Part shown: positions 1 through 11,716 of the stretch, in pieces
Numbering within the stretch: position 1 is the first letter of the stretch
How the letters are laid out: every line of letters starts with the position of its first letter
Assembly (NCBI RefSeq): GCF_033153115.1
Contig: NW_026889774.1
Coordinates: 19,344,001 to 19,408,000, forward strand
Length of the DNA: 64,000 nt
Direction: 5' to 3'
From: Saccostrea echinata
Lineage: Eukaryota
Position numbers and translations under genes: made by a program
The notes under the pieces: model-generated
Told to the model about the DNA's origin: nothing
The model's database searches: none
Seen by the model: only the letters and a program-made list of their open reading frames with translations

Positions 1-29
1 TTTTTTATTTATTAATTATTATTAATTAA

Positions 30-256
30 TTACATGTAATTATTGTCAACTGCTGACTCCAGTGTATTAATTACATTGTGAAATTACATATATAAAGTAT
101 ATGTACTGGTCTGTGCTCCATAATTATTTCTGTTTATCTAACTTGTATGTATTCCAGCTATTTCACGTGTATCTTTTATATTGTCTTTGTATATATTGTA
201 TATAGAACCTCGTGTACCACTAAGTGGTTTGGGTGAATAAATTGAATTGAATTGAA
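30..256 (+). mobile_element. 3' tail of a non-LTR retrotransposon, repeated at ~6412-6638 and ~12796-13022
   Basis: Ends in AATAAA followed by an (ATTGA)3 microsatellite tail typical of CR1/L2/RTE-type LINEs. 5' boundary approximate. Confidence 0.5.
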
Positions 257-432
257 TGCTGAAAAGTATCATTAATTTACTTTAAGATATAATACAAAAC
301 ACTAATTTATGGTACCACACGTGTTATAAGAATTTTTATTTTTATAGAAGCAGTGCTAATGAAAGTATGGAAAAATCTGCAAAAATTGTATTTTTTTTTC
401 TTCCGATCCATCTGCAGCTAAATTTTTTTTCC

Positions 433-575
433 ATGAAATGTAAAGATAACGAACAGTAATCAAGCTCAAAAATCCAATAAAACAAATTGCGAGTAGAACA
501 TACATGGACCTCTGAAAACATCTGAGGTGCGATCAGGTGCCATGAAGGAGTAAGCATCCCCTGTCGACCGGCTAC
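433..575 (-). mobile_element. Short Penelope-like element 3' fragment, repeated at +6382 and +12766
   Basis: Reverse complement matches 15170-15310 and 52200-52245 (gatgcttactcc...atggcacctgatc), which lie downstream of a PLE RT remnant. Confidence 0.65.
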
Positions 576-1314
576 ATGATCAGAAGTGTGAGACTCCGGA
601 GTCTTTTATTTCTAGTTCAATGGGATATATCAAATCACCAAATTAATGAATAAATAGTTAATTCATAAAACGTTATTGATATATTTGAATGTCGAATCGA
701 AGGCCACTTCTTTTCATGTAGTAGGTTTTGAATAAATTTTTGCTACAGAAGTCTGCTAATAATGGAACACAATTAAAACCCAGATTGTTGGAAAACCTGG
801 TATCCATTGCAATGCATTATATAGATATTGACAATGAGACTCTTAAGCATCCTTTTAATATGAATTTCAGAGTACTTGTGAGTGGAATCAGAATGGTTTT
901 TAACAAACTAAGGTTGTAGATGACCAATGACAAGATAGGAAAATTTGCGAGTTCCATTGTTATTAAAGAAGCAGTTGTCTATGATGTCAAAAAAAAAGTC
1001 TTTAATTTATAACTCATGAGAAGGACATCTGGGAATTAACCAAAAGACGGTAAGTCGACCGATGAATGAAAATATTAGATAGTTATTTCGAGTTATAATT
1101 TGAATGAAAAGTTAAATTTAGAAATAACTATGGATTGTTTATTTGAAAAAAAAATCCATCAAAATTTTTTAAGTTTGGAAGGAAACGGTTAACCTACAAA
1201 TTTGATTTACGGTCTTGACCTCATTTTTTTTTCAAATCTTAAATACGATATATATCTCTGGCATTATCATAAACAATAGAATCTAACAACAGAATTTCTC
1301 TTTAATTACAGACA

Positions 1315-2296
1315 ATGAATTCTTTGATATTTACACTTGTGATTGCAGTAGCTCTTTGTAAGTAACTAAAACATCTCTGATTTCATTTTCATTGAACGTG
1401 TATGTTTCCCGTAATACATGTATCCCCTAAGCAAAAATAAAATGATTAATGAATCTTTCAGTTGAAGTAAAGGCAGAAACAAACGCTGTAGCCTTTTCCG
1501 CTGGTCTCTCTAAAAACCTGCAGCTAGCGCACACCGAGATCGTAGTCTACGATAGAATCTTTACCAACGTTGGATCGGGCTACGACTCCAACACAGGGAA
1601 ATTCCGCTGTCCCACCAGCGGGGTCTATGTTTTCCAATTCCATTCCGTTGCTAACCAAGTAAGCCAAATTAGTTTCCAGTTAAAATTCGATTTCAACTTA
1701 TATGGCTCTTGCAATGTCTGTGAATATGAATTTATACGCAGCCGTTGGTACATGTATGAACAATAAATAGTGTTTTTAATTATTGTTATTATTATTTTTA
1801 ATTATTTTTAAAATTATTATTTTTATTTTTTTTTTTTACATACATGTACTCTAACATGTTCCTGTATATTGGATCCTTCCAGGATAAAACCATTTGGACG
1901 GAACTTTGGCACAATGGGTACTATATTTGCTCGATGTATGGACACACGTCTGGTGATTACGCTTCTGGAGGAAATTCGGCCGTCCTCCGTTTAACAAAGG
2001 GTACGCAAAGTGAACATATGTTCAAAGCATCATCCCAATGTTGTATATCTATATTACCAACCCCTTTTCTTGTAAATATTGTAAAAAAAAAAAGTTTGCT
2101 TTCATGAGAAGGATTCTTAGAAGTTTTATGTTTTATGCGGATTTTCTTTGAAGGTGATGAGGTTTACGTCAAGGCTGTAGATGCCGTAAATGGGGCCGCA
2201 ACCAACATGTATGGCGCCAGTGACGAGGTCTATTCAACATTCTCCGGCTATATGGTGGCTCCAGTCTACGAGGAATTCCCATCCGTTGTTGGATAG
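1315..2296 (+). CDS. Secreted globular C1q-domain-containing protein (C1qDC), 166 aa, copy 1
   Basis: Exons 1315-1357, 1462-1658, 1883-2000, 2154-2296, all GT-AG and phase-consistent (501 nt). Signal-peptide-like MNSLIFTLVIAVALF. gC1q motifs VAFSA, YDRIFTNVGSGYDSNTGKFRCPTSGVYVF, LRLTKGDEVYV, STFSGY. AATAAA at 2335 and 2351. Probable 5'UTR donor GTAAGT at 1050. Confidence 0.93.
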
Positions 2297-4072
2297 AAAT
2301 GACTATTAAAACTTCTGTGCAATTTTTATATGTAAATAAAGATATACAGAAATAAATATGTTTATTAACGTCCAATCAATTCTGGGATAATGTATTGTCC
2401 TCCTGTCTCCCAAGACTATCCTTGCAGGATTGGTTTTGTTCTGTCATTTTTGTCCGTCCGTCTGTCACAAACGTATTGAAATCAAAACTCTATATTGGAG
2501 TCGATCTTCATTAAGGTACTACCAATCACTTAGCGCATTCGTTTATGATCCAGAATCACGTGGCAATGTCATGGAATACAGTATTTTACAATCTTTTACA
2601 CAAATTGTATTGCAACATAAAAAAAAATATAATTTCAACTACCAACCCGAAGGAAATAATCATGGATTCTCGCTATTTATATAAAGTGCTGGATATTGAG
2701 ACATTTTTCTTTTCATGGTGCTGTACAAAATTGTGCATTTGTTAAGCAGTTAAAACAAACCGAGCAGTGTATAATGTCTGGAATGCGTCAGTTACCCCTT
2801 CGATGGTGACTGCTCGGGAAATAAGACATTTCTAGATACATGTACTTGAACATTGTGTGGGTGCTCTAGAAGACACATCCAGACACCAGAACGATGCAAC
2901 AGTTAAATAAATGAATGCCAATCTGCTTTTTCCCAAATCTTCTCTTAAACGACTTGTATTTATGTCTACGAAATACAAACCTAACAACACAATTATGAAT
3001 AAATCAAAATTAAATTACAAAGAAAACATTTCCAGTCATAAAGCAGTAATTAATGTGATATAGGTATGAAATGATCATTTCTATACTTACATGTTATGTG
3101 ATACAAATAGACTACATTAATATGTATGGTATATGAAATTTTTATGAAATGTCATTTTTCGGAATAACTCGTATTCACAAGTGGAAAGACCGATGTCTTA
3201 CAGTCCTTATATTTTTTTCGCATCTTCCCAATGTCAGGACCGTTGAGTCCACTTTTGACCGTGGGACTCAGAACCCGTAATATTGTGAATGAGAATGATT
3301 TTCCCGATCTTGTGAAAAGTAAATCTAAAGAGTAGAAGAACGATAACTCTTACAATAACGATACTCCTTTATTGTTATATTGTATTATATATATGTAATC
3401 TATAAAACCGCCATACAATGCCATTATGTAATATTTTGTATTATATATTATTGTTGAAATGCAATAAGATGTACGTCTTAAGCAATAATAATAAATAATA
3501 ATAATAATAGATTGTTAACAGACAATTTTTATTGTAATGTGTCATGGTTACCATGGCAACATTCCTTATAATTTGAAAAAAATAGGATTTTGAACAATCA
3601 ACTTATTCAGCAGTGTTGAAAAGTGACAATGACTGTGTCGAAAGTCAAGTAAATTATATTTGGGAAAACAACTATTACAAATGTTACCATTAAACAAAGT
3701 ATAAAATGCAATAATTTTATCTATTTTGATCATATATACATTGAATAATAAGAGCAATCCCCAACAAATAAATTCTATATTTAACTATAGTTTGCTATAG
3801 TTAACTATAGTTTCAAAGTTTTACTATAGTAAATCAAAGTTTTTACTATAGTAAATCGAAGTGTTTTATTATGGATTTCAAATTGTTATATTTTATATTC
3901 TCCAGTTCATAAATGCACATTTTTTATATTAACTGGAACTATTTCTTGTATATTCAAATATTATTTCCACATTTTACATCACTGTTATCGAATTTAAGAG
4001 ATTTTAAGCTTTGAAAGCTCAGACAAAGTTCTAGAGTAAAGTTTTACAATAAACCAAAATATTTAATATTAA

Positions 4073-5896
4073 CGAGGTCCGTTCCTGAGCTTTTGAGAAG
4101 ATTTTTGTGTAAACCTCTATCTAAAAAATTCTGCATAATGTTTTATTTATTACAATAAATTTGGATTGTGCAATGCTCATTTAACTATATTCAATTAAAA
4201 CCTCATGATTAAATTCCGTACTGAAAGCATTAAGTTAGAAACTATATTTTGTGGCGGAAGGTTTTATAGAAGAAAATTATCTATTTTTCTCATTCGAAAT
4301 ATTTACAGTATTGTTAAGTTTGGAGTCCTATTTTTACATGCAGCCTGCACACAAAGTTATTTTGAGCAGTGAAATGTTTTATGCTGGTCCTAAATAATAT
4401 ATTAAATTAACCGTCATGAATTCTGTCATCATATTGGACAAATATAACAAATATATTGAAAAAGTACAATTAACCGCCGCTAGAATTGTAACAGGACTTC
4501 CGATTTTTGTGTCTAGAGAAGCACTATATTCTGAAACTGGTTGGGAAACTTTAAAAAGCAGGCGATATATTGCAAAAATGACAACTATGTTCAAAATTCA
4601 CACGGGAAGAGTACCTGAGTATTTGCATGATATTGTCCCCAATAAGCGTGAGCATGTATCTCTATACAATACCCGTAATAAACAAGATTATATTATTCCA
4701 AGGTGTAGATTAGAATTATTTAGAAACTCTTTCGTACCTGATGCTGCAAAACAATGGAATTTACTAAAAACAGAGGTTAGAGAAGCCATCTCAATCAAAA
4801 CATTCCGAAAAAACTTGATAACAAAAATTAAAAATCCACCATCATACTTCTCTTTTGGTAAGCGATACACCAATATCATTCATACTAAGCTAAGACATTC
4901 CTGTATTCTAAATTATGATCTTTATAAACGAAACATTATAAATAGTCCCTTATGTTTATGTGGAAAAAACGAAGATGTGTACCATTTCTTTTTTGCATGC
5001 AAAAATTATTCTAATGCAAGAAGTACTCTTTTTAATCGCTTGTTCACTCTTGAACTGGTTACTATTGATATAAATCTATTATTATGTGGTGATGTTAATT
5101 TGCCTTTACAGATAAATAACAGTATTTTTGCTGCTGTTCATAAATTTATTGACGAAACATGTAGATTTTCTAGTTGATATGCTATTTAATTGCTTTTTCA
5201 CTTGTATTAATTGTATTATTTTCTTCTATTTTGCATGACAAATTGTTATATATAAGGAGAGGAACTTTGTAAGTTGTAAAGAACTTGTTTCCAATCCTTT
5301 TGATGTACTCAATAAAATATGTTCAAAACAAACAACAAATATATTGTGAAAGTCTTGGGGAAAAATAGCCCATTTTAGGCTGAAAATTAGCACTATTTTA
5401 GTTATATCTAAAAATTAACATCACATACCCCCACTTTTAATTTTATTTTCTGAATAAACAAGATAATTTTAACCATTCTGCTTAATCTCAGAAAAATGTC
5501 ATTACTTTCAAAAGATTTTATTGCTTGTTAAATTTTTAATGCCAGAAAAATGACATTTTTTGAGAGCAAAAAGGTCAAATAATTGACTATGCGAAGTAAT
5601 ATGAAACACTTTTTTTGTTGTCACAAATTTTAAAGAGACTATTCAAGACGAAAAAAGACTGTATTTGTTCCCATAATTTATTTGGATAAAATTTATGAGG
5701 AAAAACTTTGAAAAATTGATTTATGTGTAAGACGTAATTAAAGTGCAAAAAGGTCATATTAAATGCTCCGTAGCTCCGAAAGAAGTGCATTGACCCCCAT
5801 TTTTGGTTTTGATTTTTAATTAAGCTATGTGTCTAGATTCCCAAAATATACTTGATAAAAAATTCTCAATACTTTTGATAACAGGATCCAACCTCC
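4073..5896. mobile_element. Non-autonomous TTAA-flanked DNA element (Kolobok/Crypton/piggyBac-like) hosting a LINE insertion; second copy at +6383
   Basis: TTAA at 4069-4072 and 5897-5900. Imperfect terminal inverted repeats (cgaggtccgttcctg vs reverse complement ggaggttggatcctg). Confidence 0.5.
4459..5333 (+). mobile_element. 5'-truncated CR1/L2-group LINE (RT thumb and C-terminal CCHC region plus 3'UTR)
   Basis: [13 protein letters not shown]...[16 protein letters not shown], tail AATAAA...(CAAA)n. 13-bp target-site duplication AACAAATATATTG at 4446-4458 and 5334-5346. Confidence 0.9.
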
Positions 5897-7696
5897 TTAA
5901 AGAGATATATCAATTTACGCACAAGAAACTGTAAGAAAAGCAGTTGTTTTTCGTGGACTTAATAATCATTATTTTGTTTTCAATAACATATTCATAATCA
6001 AAACTGGAATGCCTGACACATAAACTCTGAACCATGATACATCTTTGGATATACACTGTATATTCTCAAAATATTCAACATGTTTGTACACAAACATCGA
6101 CACTATTTTGCTTAAAAGGTTCAGAATACAAATACAAAAATAATTTGTCATTGTAGTTTAGGTATTAAATATATTTTACGCAACCAATCTTCACAAAGTG
6201 AGTTTTCTTTAGGAGAATTTTACTGTCAAAAACAAAAGTAGCATTCTTGTAACTTGTACATTGTACTACGTAAATGTTAAATCACACATGAAGACAGCAA
6301 TTTTCTCAAAGTTGTCGATCATATGCATATTTGCAAGTTTTCTTCGGTTGTTTGTATACAGCTGACATGAATGTCACTGTTTTTTTTTATTTATTAATTA
6401 TTATTAATTAATTACATGTAATTATTGTCAACTGCTGACTCCAGTGTATTAATTAAATTGTGAAATTACATATATAAAGTATATGTACTGGTCTGTGCTC
6501 CATAATTATTTCTGTTTATCTAACTTGTATGTATTCCAGCTATTTCACGTGTATCTTTTATATTGTCTTTGTATATATTGTATATAGAACCTCGTGTACC
6601 ACTAAGTGGTTTGGGTGAATAAATTGAATTGAATTGAATGCTGAAAAGTATCATTAATTTACTTTAAGATATAATACAAAACACTAATTTATGGTACCAC
6701 ACGTGTTATAAGAATTTTTATTTTTATAGAAGCAGTGCTAATGAAAGTATGGAAAAATCTGCAAAAATTGTATTTTTTTTTCTTCCGATCCATCTGCAGC
6801 TAAATTTTTTTTCCATGAAATGTAAAGATAACGAACAGTAATCAAGCTCAAAAATCCAATAAAACAAATTGCGAGTAGAACATACATGGACCTCTGAAAA
6901 CATCTGAGGTGCGATCAGGTGCCATGAAGGAGTAAGCATCCCCTGTCGACCGGCTACATGATCAGAAGTGTGAGACTCCGGAGTCTTTTATTTCTAGTTC
7001 AATGGGATATATCAAATCACCAAATTAATGAATAAATAGTTAATTCATAAAACGTTATTGATATATTTGAATGTCGAATCGAAGGCCACTTCTTTTCATG
7101 TAGTAGGTTTTGAATAAATTTTTGCTACAGAAGTCTGCTAATAATGGAACACAATTAAAACCCAGATTGTTGGAAAACCTGGTATCCATTGCAATGCATT
7201 ATATAGATATTGACAATGAGACTCTTAAGCATCCTTTTAATATGAATTTCAGAGTACTTGTGAGTGGAATCAGAATGGTTTTTAACAAACTAAGGTTGTA
7301 GATGACCAATGACAAGATAGGAAAATTTGCGAGTTCCATTGTTATTAAAGAAGCAGTTGTCTATGATGTCAAAAAAAAAGTCTTTAATTTATAACTCATG
7401 AGAAGGACATCTGGGAATTAACCAAAAGACGGTAAGTCGACCGATGAATGAAAATATTAGATAGTTATTTCGAGTTATAATTTGAATGAAAAGTTAAATT
7501 TAGAAATAACTATGGATTGTTTATTTGAAAAAAAAATCCATCAAAATTTTTTAAGTTTGGAAGGAAACGGTTAACCTACAAATTTGATTTACGGTCTTGA
7601 CCTCATTTTTTTTTCAAATCTTAAATACGATATATATCTCTGGCATTATCATAAACAATAGAATCTAACAACAGAATTTCTCTTTAATTACAGACA

Positions 7697-8679
7697 ATGA
7701 ATTCTTTGATATTTACACTTGTGATTGCAGTAGCTCTTTGTAAGTAACTAAAACATCTCTGATTTCATTTTCATTGAACGTGTATGTTTCCCGTAATACA
7801 TGTATCCCCTAAGCAAAAATAAAATGATTAATGAATCTTTCAGTTGAAGTAAAGGCAGAAACAAACGCTGTAGCCTTTTCCGCTGGTCTCTCTAAAAACC
7901 TGCAGCTAGCGCACACCGAGATCGTAGTCTACGATAGAATCTTTACCAACGTTGGATCGGGCTACGACTCCAACACAGGGAAATTCCGCTGTCCCACCAG
8001 CGGGGTCTATGTTTTCCAATTCCATTCCGTTGCTAACCAAGTAAGCCAAATTAGTTTCCAGTTAAAATTCGATTTCAACTTATATGGCTCTTGCAATGTC
8101 TGTGAATATGAATTTATACGCAGCCGTTGGTACATGTATGAACAATAAATAGTGTTTTTAATTATTGTTATTATTATTTTTAATTATTTTTAAAATTATT
8201 ATTTTTATTTTTTTTTTTTACATACATGTACTCTAACATGTTCCTGTATATTGGATCCTTCCAGGATAAAACCATTTGGACGGAACTTTGGCACAATGGG
8301 TACTATATTTGCTCGATGTATGGACACACGTCTGGTGATTACGCTTCTGGAGGAAATTCGGCCGTCCTCCGTTTAACAAAGGGTACGCAAAGTGAACATA
8401 TGTTCAAAGCATCATCCCAATGTTGTATATCTATATTACCAACCCCTTTTCTTGTAAATATTGTAAAAAAAAAAAAGTTTGCTTTCATGAGAAGGATTCT
8501 TAGAAGTTTTATGTTTTATGCGGATTTTCTTTGAAGGTGATGAGGTTTACGTCAAGGCTGTAGATGCCGTAAATGGGGCCGCAACCAACATGTATGGCGC
8601 CAGTGACGAGGTCTATTCAACATTCTCCGGCTATATGGTGGCTCCAGTCTACGAGGAATTCCCATCCGTTGTTGGATAG
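7697..8679 (+). CDS. Secreted C1qDC protein, 166 aa, copy 2
   Basis: Exons 7697-7739, 7844-8040, 8265-8382, 8537-8679. No coding difference from copy 1 seen. Confidence 0.93.
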
Positions 8680-10841
8680 AAATGACTATTAAAACTTCTG
8701 TGCAATTTTTATATGTAAATAAAGATATACAGAAATAAATATGTTTATTAACGTCCAATCAATTCTGGGATAATGTATTGTCCTCCTGTCTCCCAAGACT
8801 ATCCTTGCAGGATTGGTTTTGTTCTGTCATTTTTGTCCGTCCGTCTGTCACAAACGTATTGAAATCAAAACTCTATATTGGAGTCGATCTTCATTAAGGT
8901 ACTACCAATCACTTAGCGCATTCGTTTATGATCCAGAATCACGTGGCAATGTCATGGAATACAGTATTTTACAATCTTTTACACAAATTGTATTGCAACA
9001 TAAAAAAAAATATAATTTCAACTACCAACCCGAAGGAAATAATCATGGATTCTCGCTATTTATATAAAGTGCTGGATATTGAGACATTTTTCTTTTCATG
9101 GTGCTGTACAAAATTGTGCATTTGTTAAGCAGTTAAAACAAACCGAGCAGTGTATAATGTCTGGAATGCGTCAGTTACCCCTTCGATGGTGACTGCTCGG
9201 GAAATAAGACATTTCTAGATACATGTACTTGAACATTGTGTGGGTGCTCTAGAAGACACATCCAGACACCAGAACGATGCAACAGTTAAATAAATGAATG
9301 CCAATCTGCTTTTTCCCAAATCTTCTCTTAAACGACTTGTATTTATGTCTACGAAATACAAACCTAACAACACAATTATGAATAAATCAAAATTAAATTA
9401 CAAAGAAAACATTTCCAGTCATAAAGCAGTAATTAATGTGATATAGGTATGAAATGATCATTTCTATACTTACATGTTATGTGATACAAATAGACTACAT
9501 TAATATGTATGGTATATGAAATTTTTATGAAATGTCATTTTTCGGAATAACTCGTATTCACAAGTGGAAAGACCGATGTCTTACAGTCCTTATATTTTTT
9601 TCGCATCTTCCCAATGTCAGGACCGTTGAGTCCACTTTTGACCGTGGGACTCAGAACCCGTAATATTGTGAATGAGAATGATTTTCCCGATCTTGTGAAA
9701 AGTAAATCTAAAGAGTAGAAGAACGATAACTCTTACAATAACGATACTCCTTTATTGTTATATTGTATTATATATATGTAATCTATAAAACCGCCATACA
9801 ATGCCATTATGTAATATTTTGTATTATATATTATTGTTGAAATGCAATAAGATGTACGTCTTAAGCAATAATAATAAATAATAATAATAATAGATTGTTA
9901 ACAGACAATTTTTATTGTAATGTGTCATGGTTACCATGGCAACATTCCTTATAATTTGAAAAAAATAGGATTTTGAACAATCAACTTATTCAGCAGTGTT
10001 GAAAAGTGACAATGACTGTGTCGAAAGTCAAGTAAATTATATTTGGGAAAACAACTATTACAAATGTTACCATTAAACAAAGTATAAAATGCAATAATTT
10101 TATCTATTTTGATCATATATACATTGAATAATAAGAGCAATCCCCAACAAATAAATTCTATATTTAACTATAGTTTGCTATAGTTAACTATAGTTTCAAA
10201 GTTTTACTATAGTAAATCAAAGTTTTTACTATAGTAAATCGAAGTGTTTTATTATGGATTTCAAATTGTTATATTTTATATTCTCCAGTTCATAAATGCA
10301 CATTTTTTATATTAACTGGAACTATTTCTTGTATATTCAAATATTATTTCCACATTTTACATCACTGTTATCGAATTTAAGAGATTTTAAGCTTTGAAAG
10401 CTCAGACAAAGTTCTAGAGTAAAGTTTTACAATAAACCAAAATATTTAATATTAACGAGGTCCGTTCCTGAGCTTTTGAGAAGATTTTTGTGTAAACCTC
10501 TATCTAAAAAATTCTGCATAATGTTTTATTTATTACAATAAATTTGGATTGTGCAATGCTCATTTAACTATATTCAATTAAAACCTCATGATTAAATTCC
10601 GTACTGAAAGCATTAAGTTAGAAACTATATTTTGTGGCGGAAGGTTTTATAGAAGAAAATTATCTATTTTTCTCATTCGAAATATTTACAGTATTGTTAA
10701 GTTTGGAGTCCTATTTTTACATGCAGCCTGCACACAAAGTTATTTTGAGCAGTGAAATGTTTTATGCTGGTCCTAAATAATATATTAAATTAACCGTCAT
10801 GAATTCTGTCATCATATTGGACAAATATAACAAATATATTG

Positions 10842-11716
10842 AAAAAGTACAATTAACCGCCGCTAGAATTGTAACAGGACTTCCGATTTTTGTGTCTAGA
10901 GAAGCACTATATTCTGAAACTGGTTGGGAAACTTTAAAAAGCAGGCGATATATTGCAAAAATGACAACTATGTTCAAAATTCACACGGGAAGAGTACCTG
11001 AGTATTTGCATGATATTGTCCCCAATAAGCGTGAGCATGTATCTCTATACAATACCCGTAATAAACAAGATTATATTGTTCCAAGGTGTAGATTAGAATT
11101 ATTTAGAAACTCTTTCGTACCTGATGCTGCAAAACAATGGAATTTACTAAAAACAGAGGTTAGAGAAGCCATCTCAATCAAAACATTCCGAAAAAACTTG
11201 ATAACAAAAATTAAAAATCCACCATCATACTTCTCTTTTGGTAAGCGATACACCAATATCATTCATACTAAGCTAAGACATTCCTGTATTCTAAATTATG
11301 ATCTTTATAAACGAAACATTATAAATAGTCCCTTATGTTTATGTGGAAAAAACGAAGATGTGTACCATTTCTTTTTTGCATGCAAAAATTATTCTAATGC
11401 AAGAAGTACTCTTTTTAATCGCTTGTTCACTCTTGAACTGGTTACTATTGATATAAATCTATTATTATGTGGTGATGTTAATTTGCCTTTACAGATAAAT
11501 AACAGTATTTTTGCTGCTGTTCATAAATTTATTGACGAAACATGTAGATTTTCTAGTTGATATGCTATTTAATTGCTTTTTCACTTGTATTAATTGTATT
11601 ATTTTCTTCTATTTTGCATGACAAATTGTTATATATAAGGAGAGGAACTTTGTAAGTTGTAAAGAACTTGTTTCCAATCCTTTTGATGTACTCAATAAAA
11701 TATGTTCAAAACAAAC
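10842..11716 (+). mobile_element. 5'-truncated CR1/L2-group LINE, duplicated with the tandem unit
   Basis: Same as 4459-5333 with the same target-site duplication. One I/V difference (G11078). Confidence 0.9.

Noticed and set aside
1449-2107. ORFs 1449-1766 and 1844-2107 as separate proteins
   Set aside because: They are exons 2 and 3 of the C1qDC gene read through into introns.
4416-5177. 253-aa ORF (and 10799-11560) as a host gene
   Set aside because: The first ~14 codons come from the flanking element and run by chance into a 5'-truncated LINE bounded by a target-site duplication. It lacks the RT core.
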